Source: Dehalococcoidia bacterium (GTDB taxonomy: Bacteria; Chloroflexota; Dehalococcoidia; UBA6926). From it: a stretch of 64,000 nucleotides of DNA. Position 1 is the first letter of the stretch; each line of letters opens with the position of its first letter. The stretch spans positions 1,480,474 through 1,544,473 of the forward strand of contig OZ242203.1 in assembly GCA_965206275.1 (NCBI GenBank), written 5' to 3'. Positions 18,411 to 28,912 of the stretch are shown here, in pieces. The position numbers were made by a program, and so were the translations under genes. Below the pieces are notes generated by a model. It saw only the letters and a program-made list of their open reading frames with translations, ran no database searches and was not told the origin of the DNA.

Positions 18411-20765
18411 CTAGGTCCTGGCTGCGTCTGCAGCTTGCGCCATCTCTACCTCATGGACGATGCGACGCGTATGGTTGATGACGTCCGGCGAGACGCTCAC
18501 GGACGTGATGCCCCACTCAACCAGCTTGGCCGTCAAGTCCGGGAAAAAGCTGGGCGCCTGACCGCAGATGCCGCACGTGATGCCAAGCCGTGCAGCTGTT
18601 GTGACGATGGTCTCCAGCGCGCGCATGACGGCCTCGTTCCGCTCATCGAAATCGTCGGCCAGGATGGCGCTGTCGCGATCCACCCCGAGGACGAGTTGCG
18701 TCAGGTCGTTGGAACCGATGGACACGCCATCGATACCGACATTTATGAACTCCTCCAGCAGGAACACGTTTGAGGGAACCTCCGCCATCATCCACAGCTT
18801 GAAGCCGTTGTCGCCGCGCCGCAGGCCGTACTGCTCCAACAGCGACTTGGTGTGGACAAGCTCATCCACGGTGCGGACAAACGGGATCATGACGTGCAGG
18901 TTGGGGTGCTTGGCGCGCACACGGCGCACGGCCTCAATCTCAAGCGCGAAGATATCCGGCTCTTTGACGTAGCGACCCGCGCCCCGGTACCCGATCATCG
19001 GGTTCTCTTCTTCCGGCTCGTAGCGGTCGCCGCCCCGCAGATTCCGGTACTCATTCGTCTTGAAGTCGGTTGTGCGATAGATAACAGGGCGGGGATCAAA
19101 GGCGGCGGCGAACTTCATCAGGCCGTCAACTACCTTTTGGGTGTACTCCTCACCACGCCCCTCTTCGATCATCAGGCGAGGGTGTTCACCGATACGCGCG
19201 ACGATGAACTCCGCCCGGAGCAGCCCGACGCCGTCCACGTTGCGGGCGGCGATGACGTCAGCCAGATCCGGCTCCGCCAGGTTTACGTAGACGTTCGTCT
19301 TCGTTCGCAGATTCGCCGCGGCGTCGTCCACACTGACATCTTCGCCCGCGCCCGGAACCGCGCCCTCATAGACGCGGCCGGTAGACCCGTCGACCGTGAC
19401 GATCTGGCCGTCCGTCAGGGTATTCGTTGCCGCCCCTGTGCCAACGGCGCACGGGATGCTCAGCTCCCGGGAGATGATGGCTGCGTGAGCGGTACGGCCG
19501 CCGTGATCGGTGATGATTGCGGTGGCGCGCTTCATGGCGGGGACATAGTCCGGCGTGGTCATCTCCGTAACGAGGACATCACCCTCCTTGACCCGCTCAA
19601 GCTGATTGAGAGATGTCTCGTCAATCTTTGGCAAGACCACGACAGTGCCGGTGGCGCTGCCCGGGCTGGCGGGCGTGCCCTGCAAGAGCAGGGGATACAC
19701 GGATTCGTCCACCTCCAGGCCCTCGGTCTCGCCGACGCTGCCAAGGGTCGTGATTGGGCGCGTCTGCGTGATGTAGAAAGAGTTGCCCTCAATGGCCCAC
19801 TCGATGTCTTGCGGGTGATTGTATGCCTCCTCAAGGTTGAGTCCGTGCTGCGCGATCTCCGCAATCAGACTGTCCGTGAGCTTGTACGTGCGCGACATCT
19901 CAACGGGGACATCAACCTCGTGGTTCAGGTCGTCCGCGCCAACGGCATCCGGATTGCGCGTGAGCATCCTGCTCTGCGGCACGAGGCGCTTCTCCAGGAT
20001 CTCCATGCCGTCCTTCTGGATTAAATAAGAATCCGGCGTCACTGCGCCGGATACGACAGATTCGCCGAGGCCGTAAACGGCCTCAATAAGAACCTTCGAG
20101 CGGTCGCTGCGATTCGGCTCCGCTGTGAACATGACGCCCGAAATCTCGGACTGCACCATGCGCTGCACCGGCACGGCGATGCCGACGCCAAGCTGGTTGA
20201 AATTCTGCTCCGCGCGATAGAAGATGGCCCGTGCCTCAAACAGGCTTGCCCAGCAGCCCTTGACGGTCTCCAGGACCTGTTGGATCCCCTCAACGTTCAG
20301 ATAGGTGCGCTGCTGTCCAGCAAACGAGGCGTCCGGCAGATCCTCGGCCGTCGCGGATGAACGGACAGCAACAGGCCCTTCGCCGAGTTCCCGGTAGGCC
20401 TCTGTGATTTCAGCCGCGAGGTCGGCTGGCATGGGCGCGGAGAGAATCGCCTGCTGAGCCTGCGTGGCAACTTCAACAAGGTTGGAGGAGTGATAGACAT
20501 CAACGCCGCCTAGGATTTCGCCCAACCTGGCATCGAGACCGTTGTCCGTAAGGAATTTCAGATAGGAGACGACGCTGACAACGAACCCGGGCGGCACCGG
20601 AGCGCCTCTGCGCGTCATTTCGCCGAGATTGGCTCCCTTGCCGCCAGCGAGCGCCAGATCGCCGGAATCGACTTCCGAGAACCACAGCAGGGACGCCTGC
20701 CGCTTTTCTATTTCAGTGAGTTCGCGCTTCGGCATCTGCCGAATGTCAACGACCCCGTCTGACAT
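18411..20765 (-). CDS. ppsA: phosphoenolpyruvate synthase (pyruvate, water dikinase)
   Basis: 784 aa. PEP-utilising mobile domain GGRTAHAAIISRELSIPCAVGTG and N-terminal ATP-grasp GGKGANLGEM. Confidence 0.85.
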   Translation of the reverse strand: MSDGVVDIRQMPKRELTEIEKRQASLLWFSEVDSGDLALAGGKGANLGEMTRRGAPVPPGFVVSVVSYLKFLTDNGLDARLGEILGGVDVYHSSNLVEVATQAQQAILSAPMPADLAAEITEAYRELGEGPVAVRSSATAEDLPDASFAGQQRTYLNVEGIQQVLETVKGCWASLFEARAIFYRAEQNFNQLGVGIAVPVQRMVQSEISGVMFTAEPNRSDRSKVLIEAVYGLGESVVSGAVTPDSYLIQKDGMEILEKRLVPQSRMLTRNPDAVGADDLNHEVDVPVEMSRTYKLTDSLIAEIAQHGLNLEEAYNHPQDIEWAIEGNSFYITQTRPITTLGSVGETEGLEVDESVYPLLLQGTPASPGSATGTVVVLPKIDETSLNQLERVKEGDVLVTEMTTPDYVPAMKRATAIITDHGGRTAHAAIISRELSIPCAVGTGAATNTLTDGQIVTVDGSTGRVYEGAVPGAGEDVSVDDAAANLRTKTNVYVNLAEPDLADVIAARNVDGVGLLRAEFIVARIGEHPRLMIEEGRGEEYTQKVVDGLMKFAAAFDPRPVIYRTTDFKTNEYRNLRGGDRYEPEEENPMIGYRGAGRYVKEPDIFALEIEAVRRVRAKHPNLHVMIPFVRTVDELVHTKSLLEQYGLRRGDNGFKLWMMAEVPSNVFLLEEFINVGIDGVSIGSNDLTQLVLGVDRDSAILADDFDERNEAVMRALETIVTTAARLGITCGICGQAPSFFPDLTAKLVEWGITSVSVSPDVINHTRRIVHEVEMAQAADAART

Positions 20766-20953
20766 GCCTGTACCCCCTCAGGACTCTTCCGCGTCCGCCC
20801 CACCCGGGGACGCCGAACGGCCCCTTATGCGGGGCGCGTCATGCCGCTGGAATTATACCATCCGAGAGCCGCGCCGCGTGGGGATGGGGAGGATGCAGAC
20901 AAGGCAGTCTACGCTTGATGCATTTCTCACGATGCGGCAAAGCAATCAAAGTA

Positions 20954-21026
20954 TGGAGCTGAGGGGAGTCGAACCCCTGACCTCTTCAATGCCATTGAAG
21001 CGCTCTCCCAACTGAGCTACAGCCCC
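20954..21026 (-). tRNA. tRNA-Ala (anticodon GGC)
   Basis: Reverse complement is GGGGCUGUAGCUCAGUUGGGAGAGCGCUUCAAUGGCAUUGAAGAGGUCAGGGGUUCGACUCCCCUCAGCUCCA. G3:U70 pair, anticodon loop AUGGCAU, no encoded CCA. Confidence 0.9.
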
Positions 21027-21286
21027 ACCGCGACAACCTGGGAATCGGACACTTTCGCCGCCGCGACGCGGCTTGCACGGCGTGCCGATGCGATTGCGTT
21101 CTCCAATTGTACAGTAGCGCGCTGATCCGGCGGCCACGCCGCGCCCCCACCCATAGCGCGAAACACTACAATGAATAGACGGTAATCAACTGCAATCGGC
21201 AAACACGCCGCCGCCGTGAGGCGCGAACGGAGACGGAGATCAACACGACGAATGGCAGAGAGGCGCGTCTTGCGCGCTTAAGAGAA

Positions 21287-24200
21287 TTGCTGACCGAGCG
21301 TGTCTTGGTCGTGGACGGCGCAATGGGCACGCGCATTCAGGCGCTTGGCCTCACCGCGGAAGACTACGGCGGCCCTGAGCTTGAGGGCTGTCTGGAGAAT
21401 CTCAACCTGACGCGGCCCGACGACATCGCCGGCATCCACCGCTCTTTTCTTGAGGCGGGCGCGGACATCATCGAAACAAACACGTTCGGCTCAACGCCGC
21501 TCGTGCTAGGCGAGTTTGGCGTCGCAGATAGAGCTGAAGAGATCAGTCGTGTCGGCGCGGAGATTGCACGCGCCGCGGCTGACGACGCCTCTACCGATGA
21601 CCATCCCCGCTTCGTCGCAGGATCCATGGGGCCGACGACGCGCTCAATTTCCGTTACGGCCAACGTCACATTTGATGAACTCGTTGAGCACTATCGTGTT
21701 CAGGCGCGGGGACTGATCACGGGCGGCGTGGATTTCCTGCTGGTCGAAACCTCGCAGGACGCCCTTAACATCAAGGCCGCGCTAGAGGGCATCGACCGCG
21801 GGAACGCCGATCTTGGGTCGGACGTTCCCACCGCCGTGCAATGCACCATCGAGACAATGGGCACGCTGCTGGCAGGGCAGGACATCGAGGCGTTCTACAC
21901 ATCTTTCGCGCACCGGGACCTGCTGTGGATTGGCATGAACTGCGCGACGGGGCCGGAGTTTATGCGTGACTACGTCCGCACGCTTTCACAGATTTCACGC
22001 TTCCCTGTTGCGGTGATTCCAAACGCCGGTCTGCCGGATGAGGACGGCAACTACCACGAGACGCCCGAGGATATAGCCTCCGCGCTTGGCTCCTTCATGG
22101 ATGCCGGCTGGGTCAACGTCGTCGGCGGATGCTGCGGGACCGTGCCGGAGCACATCGAGCGGATATGCGCCGTGACGGCCAATCGTCCTGCCCGCGTGCC
22201 CGTAGAATCTGCCACCACTGTTGTCTCCGGCCTTGAGACGCTGACGATTGACGAGGACACGAAACCCGTTTTGATTGGCGAGCGGACGAATGTGCTTGGC
22301 AGTCGCCGATTCAAGCGGCTCATTGGCGAGGGCAATATCGAGGAGGCTTCTGAGATCGGGCGTGACCAGATTCGCAACGGCGCGCACGCCTTGGACGTCT
22401 GCTTGCAGGACCCGGACAGGGATGAGGTGGCCGACATTACCACATTCCTGGAACGGCTCGTCCGCAAGACGCGCGCGCCTCTTGTCATTGACTCAACTGA
22501 TGTCAATGTCATTGAAGAGGCGCTGAAGCGCACGCAGGGCAAATCGATCATCAACTCCATCAACCTGGAGGACGGTGAGGAACGCTTTGCCACCGTCGCG
22601 CCGCTTGCCGCCCGCTATGGGGCGGCAGTCATCGTTGGCTGCATCGACGATGACCGAGAGCAGGCACAGGCCATCACGCGGCAGCGCAAGCTGGAGATCG
22701 CTCAGCGTTCTTATCAACTGCTCACCGAGAAGTACGGTCTGCGCGGCGAGGACATCATCTTTGACGCACTTACATTCCCCGTGGGCACCGGGGACGAGAA
22801 CTACATCGGCTCTGCAGTTGAGACCATCGAGGGCATCCGCCTGATTAAGGAGGCTCTCCCGCTGGCCAAGACGACGCTCGGGATCTCTAATGTGTCGTTC
22901 GGGCTGCCGCAGGCGGGGCGTGAGGCGCTGAATGCAGTCATGTTGTACCACTGCGTGCAGGCCGGTCTTGATAGCGCCATAGTGAACACGGGCGGCCTCG
23001 TGCGCTATGCGGCGCTCTCGGAAGAGGAACGCGCGCTATGCGATGCCCTGATCTTCTGGCGGGGCGACGATCCCATCGCCGCCTTTGCCGCCCATTACCG
23101 TAATCGACAATCGACCGCCGCCGAGCAGGGCGTTGACCGCATGGAAGGGTTGTCCCTGGACGAGCGCATTGCGAGGCGTGTCGTTGAGGGGACGCGCGAG
23201 GGCATGCCGCCGGATCTTGATACAGCTTTGGAGGAGCGGCCTCCGCTAGAAATCATCAACGGCCCGCTGATGGCCGGCATGGACGAGGTGGGACGGCTGT
23301 TTGCGGCCAATGAACTCATCGTCGCGGAGGTGCTGGAGTCGGCAGAGGTGATGAAAGCTGCCGTCGCGCATCTCGAGCCGCATATGGAAACGACCGAAAC
23401 GAGCTCGCGAGGCAAGGTTCTGCTGGCCACCGTCAAGGGTGACGTGCATGACATCGGTAAGAACCTCGTCGATATCATCATGTCCAATAACGGCTATCGC
23501 GTGATCAACCGTGGAATCAAGGTGCCGCCGGGCGAGCTGATTGAGGCGTTTCACGAGCACAGGCCGGACATGATTGGCCTCTCCGGCTTGCTTGTAAAGT
23601 CGGCGCAGATGATGGTCGAAACGGTGCGTGATTTCACGGAGGCGGGCGTTGACGTGCCGATTCTTGTTGGCGGCGCGGCGCTGAGCAATCGCTTCACGCG
23701 CCTCCGTATCGCGCCTGAATACGAGGGGCTTGTTGCATATGCTCAGGACGCGATGACTGGCCTCGACCTCGCCAATCGCATCCGCTTACCTGAGGAGAAG
23801 GAGCGGCTGCAAACGGAGCTTGCGGCTGAGACGGATACCATTCGTGATCAGGACGCGGCTCGTTCTGCTGCTCCATCTGCAGACGGTCGCGCGCCCGCGG
23901 TCATCACGCCCGTGAATGTGCCTCCACATCCTCCGGACCTGGTTGAGCATATCCTGCTGGATCATGATCTCGACGAGGTTTTTTCCTACGTCAACCCGAC
24001 CATGCTCTATGTCCGACACCTGGGATACCGCGGTCGATTCCTAGAAGATCTTGGAAGCGGCAATGAGCGGGCGACTGAGCTGCATGAGCGCGTCCAAAAG
24101 ATTCAGCGTGAGATGGCGTCGCGGCCTGATATCCGCGCCTCGGCCATCTTTCGTTTCTTCCGCGCCACCCGTGACGGCGATGATGTCCTAATCCTCTCGT

Positions 24201-24766
24201 CGGATGGAGAAAACTTACTGGAACGGCTGCAATTCGGTAGGCAGGGCTCGGGAGAAGGCTTGAGTCTCGCGGACTACGTGCGTTCGAACGGCGCGCCGGA
24301 TTACCTTGGAGCGTTTGTCACGACGGTGGGCCCGGGGGTGCGCGCTTTGGCCGACGAATGGAAAAACAAGGGCGAATACCTCGATTCCCACATCCTGCAA
24401 GTGCTGGCGCTGGAGGGCGCAGAGGGCTTTGCGGAGCTGCTGCATCAGCGGATGCGTGCGATGTGGGGATTTGCGGATCCAAGCGACATCACCAAACCGG
24501 ACCTCTTCCGCGCCGCCTACCAGGGCAAGCGGTACTCGTTCGGGTATCCCGCCTGCCCTAGGCTGGAGGATCAGGAGATCCTGTGGCGGCTGCTCAATCC
24601 GGTGGAAACGATCGGCGTCAATCTGACCGAGGAAATGATGATGGAGCCGGAGGGCTCAGTCAGCGCGCTTGTTTTCCATCATCCGCAGGCCAAGTATTTC
24701 AACCTCTCAAATGAGGACGCTGAGAGGTTGGAACAGCGGATTAGTCAATCTGCAGTGTCTGCCTAG
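21287..24766 (+). CDS. metH: cobalamin-dependent methionine synthase
   Basis: 1159 aa. Hcy-binding N-terminus (VVDGAMGTRIQ), pterin-binding, B12-binding (GDVHDIGKN) and AdoMet-activation domains. TTG or GTG start. Confidence 0.9.
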   Translation: MLTERVLVVDGAMGTRIQALGLTAEDYGGPELEGCLENLNLTRPDDIAGIHRSFLEAGADIIETNTFGSTPLVLGEFGVADRAEEISRVGAEIARAAADDASTDDHPRFVAGSMGPTTRSISVTANVTFDELVEHYRVQARGLITGGVDFLLVETSQDALNIKAALEGIDRGNADLGSDVPTAVQCTIETMGTLLAGQDIEAFYTSFAHRDLLWIGMNCATGPEFMRDYVRTLSQISRFPVAVIPNAGLPDEDGNYHETPEDIASALGSFMDAGWVNVVGGCCGTVPEHIERICAVTANRPARVPVESATTVVSGLETLTIDEDTKPVLIGERTNVLGSRRFKRLIGEGNIEEASEIGRDQIRNGAHALDVCLQDPDRDEVADITTFLERLVRKTRAPLVIDSTDVNVIEEALKRTQGKSIINSINLEDGEERFATVAPLAARYGAAVIVGCIDDDREQAQAITRQRKLEIAQRSYQLLTEKYGLRGEDIIFDALTFPVGTGDENYIGSAVETIEGIRLIKEALPLAKTTLGISNVSFGLPQAGREALNAVMLYHCVQAGLDSAIVNTGGLVRYAALSEEERALCDALIFWRGDDPIAAFAAHYRNRQSTAAEQGVDRMEGLSLDERIARRVVEGTREGMPPDLDTALEERPPLEIINGPLMAGMDEVGRLFAANELIVAEVLESAEVMKAAVAHLEPHMETTETSSRGKVLLATVKGDVHDIGKNLVDIIMSNNGYRVINRGIKVPPGELIEAFHEHRPDMIGLSGLLVKSAQMMVETVRDFTEAGVDVPILVGGAALSNRFTRLRIAPEYEGLVAYAQDAMTGLDLANRIRLPEEKERLQTELAAETDTIRDQDAARSAAPSADGRAPAVITPVNVPPHPPDLVEHILLDHDLDEVFSYVNPTMLYVRHLGYRGRFLEDLGSGNERATELHERVQKIQREMASRPDIRASAIFRFFRATRDGDDVLILSSDGENLLERLQFGRQGSGEGLSLADYVRSNGAPDYLGAFVTTVGPGVRALADEWKNKGEYLDSHILQVLALEGAEGFAELLHQRMRAMWGFADPSDITKPDLFRAAYQGKRYSFGYPACPRLEDQEILWRLLNPVETIGVNLTEEMMMEPEGSVSALVFHHPQAKYFNLSNEDAERLEQRISQSAVSA

Positions 24767-24813
24767 CACGCCTATAATCACTGGACAGGCCCTCAAGAGA
24801 ACGGTGTAAGCAC

Positions 24814-25635
24814 ATGACTCTTTCCGATTCGGTTCGAGCCGCGCTGGAAGACGCCGCGCAGACCATTGTGGAGGCGACGTACGTTACTGCGCTCGCCGGC
24901 GCAGGCATGTCCGCTGAGAGCGGCATACCGACATTTCGCGGCCCGGGGGGCCTCTGGAAGAAGTACGGTGAACCGGACAATCTTGGTTATCAGCGGTTCC
25001 TCCGAGACCCGCAGCAGTGGTGGGAAGAGCGGCTGAACGATAACGGCATGCCGGAAATGCGCGAGGCGCTGGAGACTGCAGAGCCGAATCCCGGCCATCA
25101 CGCGCTGGTCGACCTAGAGCGCATGGGCGCGCTGCGCCACCTTGTAACGCAAAACGTCGACAATCTCCACCGCGCCGCCGGCAGCGAGAACATATCCGAG
25201 ATTCACGGGAACCACACGCTGATTCGGTGCATCGAGTGCGTCCAGCGCTTTACGCGGGATGAGATTCCGCTGGATCGATTGCCACCGCGCTGCCCCACGT
25301 GCGAGGGATTCCTCAAGACGGATACGGTCATGTTCGGAGAACCGATTCCGCCGGACGTTCTTCGACGCTGCCAGGAAGAGGCCTCTCTAAGCGACTGCGT
25401 CCTGATCCTGGGCACTTCGGCAATCGTCTACCCAGCCGCCGCCCTACCGGAAGTGGCGCGTCGACTGAATGGCGCGACGCTCATTGAGATCAACCCGAAT
25501 GAGACGGCTCTCACGGATGCGTGTGATATCGTCGTTCGCGCTCCAACCGGAGAGGCCCTGCCGGAGCTAGTGAAAGCTGTGCGTCGGGCGCAGGGGCAGG
25601 GTGAGGTCTCCGGCGGCATCCTGGAGGCGACTTAG
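24814..25635 (+). CDS. cobB: NAD-dependent protein deacylase (Sir2 family)
   Basis: GAGMSAESGIPTFRG, QNVDNLH and Zn-ribbon cysteines CxxC...CxxC. Confidence 0.85.
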   Translation: MTLSDSVRAALEDAAQTIVEATYVTALAGAGMSAESGIPTFRGPGGLWKKYGEPDNLGYQRFLRDPQQWWEERLNDNGMPEMREALETAEPNPGHHALVDLERMGALRHLVTQNVDNLHRAAGSENISEIHGNHTLIRCIECVQRFTRDEIPLDRLPPRCPTCEGFLKTDTVMFGEPIPPDVLRRCQEEASLSDCVLILGTSAIVYPAAALPEVARRLNGATLIEINPNETALTDACDIVVRAPTGEALPELVKAVRRAQGQGEVSGGILEAT

Positions 25636-26959
25636 ATTGACGGAAGCGCTCTTTCGTCCGTTTCACGGTTGGCGCTACGACACATCCCGCGCAGGAGGCC
25701 TCGGCACTCTCGCCGCGCCGCCGTATGACGTCATTGCGCCGTCAGACGTGGAACGTCTGCTTGAGTCCAGCCCTCATAATGTCATCCGGCTTGAACTGCC
25801 GTCCGCCGTCGATGCGGCGGATCCATACGGTTCAGCGAGCAAGACGTGGGACGAATGGACGTCAAACGGTTTCCTGCAGCGCGACGAGACTGCGCATTTC
25901 TATCTTGTTCGCCATACGTTCACACTCGGTGGTGTGAGAACAAGCCGCTTCGAGATCCTGGGCGCGGTCCGGCTGGCGCAGTGGGAGCGGGGCGCTGTGC
26001 TGCCGCATGAGCACACGCATGAGGCCGCCAAGCGTGATCGCCTCATGCTGATGAATGCGCTCCACGCAAACATCAGCCCAATCATGGCGCTGTATGAGGA
26101 CGATGACGGCGCGATTCGCATGCTGCTGCGGGCTATATCGTCGCGCCCTCCGGATGCGTCGTTTACAGACCTCGCGGGAGACGACTATGACGTCTGGCAC
26201 GTGTCTGATACGGGGGAGGCCGGGGCGATCAGGCTCGGAGTATCCGGGCCCCTGTTCGTCGCAGACGGTCATCACCGTTATGAGACGGCGCTAACGTATC
26301 TTGGCCAGCAGCCAGACGAGGCGGACGACGGAGAGCACGCGCCCGGATATATCCTGGCCGCGCTGACATCCATCGAGGATCCTGGCTTGGTCAGCCTGCC
26401 CTATCATCGTTTGATTCGAGGGTTGCCGGACGATGCCCGAGCGCGGCTGATGCGGCAGGTGGAGACGTATTTCAGAGCGGAAGAGATTAGCATCGGCGGC
26501 CTTTCCGATGCTGAGGCGGCCGAGAGATTCACATCGGCAATCGGGGCACAGGATGCGCCGATCATGGCCCTGATCGAGCCGCCCGGCGATGTTCTCAAGC
26601 TGCTCCGCCCTCTGGAGCCCGGCATCTTTGAGGGACTACTAACGGGAGAATCAGAGGCATGGAGTCGGCTTGGGCCATGTGTTTTCTTGGACGTGCTGCT
26701 CACGCATGGGGTGGGCGCAGACCAGCACGAGGCGGAGACTCGCGGCTGGCTGTCCTATCCGCGTGATGCCGCGGAGGCGATAGAGGCCGTTCGCGCAGGC
26801 GGCTGTGATGCAGGCTTCCTCCTGCAGGCAGTGAGCATGACGGATATGACGGAGGCCGCGGAGGCCGGTGAGCGCCTGCCACCCAAATCGACGTACTTCT
26901 TCCCGAAGGTTGCTACGGGAATTGTCCTTAACTCTCTGGCAGGACGACTCGAAGACTAG
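25601..26959 (+). CDS. DUF1015 family protein
   Basis: ADGHHRYETA and C-terminal FFPKVATG motifs. True start is probably TTG/GTG near 25637 rather than overlapping cobB. Confidence 0.65.
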   Translation: MRSPAASWRRLRLTEALFRPFHGWRYDTSRAGGLGTLAAPPYDVIAPSDVERLLESSPHNVIRLELPSAVDAADPYGSASKTWDEWTSNGFLQRDETAHFYLVRHTFTLGGVRTSRFEILGAVRLAQWERGAVLPHEHTHEAAKRDRLMLMNALHANISPIMALYEDDDGAIRMLLRAISSRPPDASFTDLAGDDYDVWHVSDTGEAGAIRLGVSGPLFVADGHHRYETALTYLGQQPDEADDGEHAPGYILAALTSIEDPGLVSLPYHRLIRGLPDDARARLMRQVETYFRAEEISIGGLSDAEAAERFTSAIGAQDAPIMALIEPPGDVLKLLRPLEPGIFEGLLTGESEAWSRLGPCVFLDVLLTHGVGADQHEAETRGWLSYPRDAAEAIEAVRAGGCDAGFLLQAVSMTDMTEAAEAGERLPPKSTYFFPKVATGIVLNSLAGRLED

Positions 26960-27036
26960 TACACTGTCTGGACTTTGGGGCATCCTGTTCGGCCAGACTA
27001 GGCCTCACATAGTCCATTCTCAGATTGGAGTTTTAC

Positions 27037-27528
27037 ATGACGACTGATAGCGCATCTACAGACAACAGCGTGTATATCAGCGCCGAGGGGCTGGAGCGGA
27101 TGAAGGAGGAACTTGAAGACCTCCGCAATATCCGCAGGCCTGAGGTTGCGGAGATGATTCAACGCGCCAAGGAGCTTGGCGACATTACTGACAGTGCCCA
27201 ATACGACGCCGCAAAGAATGAGCAGGCCTTTCTTGAGGGCCGAATCCGTCAACTTGAAGACAACGTGCGGCGCGCCGTCATTATCGAGGATCAGGGTGAT
27301 CAGACTGATGGCCAGGTTCGTGTTGGCTCAACCGTCGTTGTTATCGATTCGGAGGGCCAGGAGGAACGCTGGACCATCGTTGGCCGGGCGGAGGCGGATG
27401 CTGCGAGTGGCCGCATCTCCAATGAATCACCGGTCGGCAGCGCTTTAATCGGCAAGAAAAAGGGTGATTCCTTCGAGATCGATATTCCCGCCGGCAAACT
27501 CGGCTTCACGGTCTCCGCGGTGGAGTAA
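27037..27528 (+). CDS. greA: transcription elongation factor GreA
   Basis: Coiled-coil N-terminus (LEDLRNIRRPEVAEMIQRAKELGD) plus FKBP-like C-terminus. Confidence 0.88.
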   Translation: MTTDSASTDNSVYISAEGLERMKEELEDLRNIRRPEVAEMIQRAKELGDITDSAQYDAAKNEQAFLEGRIRQLEDNVRRAVIIEDQGDQTDGQVRVGSTVVVIDSEGQEERWTIVGRAEADAASGRISNESPVGSALIGKKKGDSFEIDIPAGKLGFTVSAVE

Positions 27529-27537
27529 GAGGCGCGC

Positions 27538-28728
27538 CTAGACCTGCCCTGACAACTGCAGTTGCTTGCCCTCGGTCTTGATGGCGGGGGCGACAATCAT
27601 TTCCGCCTGCTGTAGGTCTCGGATGGTCTCCGCGCCACACATGCCCATCGCTGTGTGGATAGCCCCAACAAGGTTCTCCGTGCCGTCCGTGCGGTCCGTA
27701 GGACCGAATAGCAGGCGCTCAAGCGTCGCGCGGACGCCCACCTTGACACGTGTGCCGCGTGGCAGGGCGGGATGCGGCGTGGCCATACCCCAGTGATAAC
27801 CCTTGCCAGGAGCCTCTTCCGCGCTCGCGAAGATGGAACCCAACATGACGGCGTCCGCACCCGAGACGAGTGCCTTGCAGAGATCGCCGCCAGAACGGAT
27901 GCCGCCGTCTGTGACGATGGGAACGTAGCGGCCGGTGCGCCGGTGATATTCGTTACGCGCGGCAGCCGTCTCAATGGTCGCGGTGACCTGCGGCACGCCA
28001 ATGCCGAGCACCTCACGGCTCGTGCAGGCGGCGCCGGGGCCGACACCGACAAGAATGCCCGCCACGCCTGTCTGCAACAGTTCCATCGTCTGGTGATAAC
28101 CAACGACGTTACCGACGATGACGGGAATCGGAATGCGGCCCACGAGATCGTCGAAATGCAGTCCGACCGGGCTCGATGAGATGTGTCTCGCGGTTGTCAC
28201 GGTTGACTGGCAGACGTAATAGTCCGCGCCAGCTTCGACGACTGTTCCGATGAACCGCTTGGTATTGGCCGGGGTGGCGGAGATGGCCACGGTCGCCCCA
28301 AGCGCCTTCATCTTCTCGATGGTCGCGCCGACATATTCTTCCTTGAGGGGGGCGGAGTAGATGCGCTGTAGTGTGGCCGTGACGGAATCCGCGGGGGCTT
28401 CAACCACTTCTTGCAGGACCTGCTCCGGGTTGGGGTAGCGCCCGTGGACGCCCTCAAGATTGAGGACAGCAAGCCCACCGTAGCGTGTGTACGTGGCTGC
28501 AAAGTTGGGGTCAACGACGCCGTCCATTGCAGCAGCGAGTATCGGCAGGTCGAAGATGCGGTCGCCCATCGCGAACCTGATATCCGTCTGCTCCGGGTTC
28601 AGGGTGACCTGCCCGGGTACGATGGCCACTTCTTCAAACCCGTAGGCGCGCCGTAGCGTTTTGAATTCCGGCACATCGTTTTCGATGCCCAGATCCAGTC
28701 CCCGCTCGGCGATTTCCGTTGCGACCAT
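27538..28728 (-). CDS. IMP dehydrogenase/GMP reductase family protein without CBS pair (GuaB3-like)
   Basis: TIM-barrel IMPDH motifs GVGPGAACTSREVLGIGVPQ and VTDGGIRSGGDLCKAL. Confidence 0.78.
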   Translation of the reverse strand: MVATEIAERGLDLGIENDVPEFKTLRRAYGFEEVAIVPGQVTLNPEQTDIRFAMGDRIFDLPILAAAMDGVVDPNFAATYTRYGGLAVLNLEGVHGRYPNPEQVLQEVVEAPADSVTATLQRIYSAPLKEEYVGATIEKMKALGATVAISATPANTKRFIGTVVEAGADYYVCQSTVTTARHISSSPVGLHFDDLVGRIPIPVIVGNVVGYHQTMELLQTGVAGILVGVGPGAACTSREVLGIGVPQVTATIETAAARNEYHRRTGRYVPIVTDGGIRSGGDLCKALVSGADAVMLGSIFASAEEAPGKGYHWGMATPHPALPRGTRVKVGVRATLERLLFGPTDRTDGTENLVGAIHTAMGMCGAETIRDLQQAEMIVAPAIKTEGKQLQLSGQV

Positions 28729-28912
28729 TGCGACCTACCCCCTTAAACGAAACGGCGCCGCATTGCGGCGCCGTTCAGCCTGCTTTGTGCGCTACATAAA
28801 GCAAAGGGACACGCGAAATCGTGCCCCTAACGTAAACCCCTGTGGATCGCACAGCGTCCATGAACCATTGTTGTCCCGACGGCGCTCAGCGTCAAGCACC
28901 TTTTTGAGGAAT

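Noticed and set aside
20629-21137. ORFs 20629..21015(+) and 20946..21137(-) flanking or overlapping the tRNA-Ala(GGC) locus
   Set aside because: They overlap a well-folded tRNA gene and have no features of real proteins. Typical spurious ORFs in GC-rich DNA.
21030-21286. Possible cobalamin or SAM riboswitch upstream of metH
   Set aside because: No B12-box (GCCACTG-like) or SAM-I conserved core recognisable in the 257-nt leader. Cannot be excluded without cmscan.
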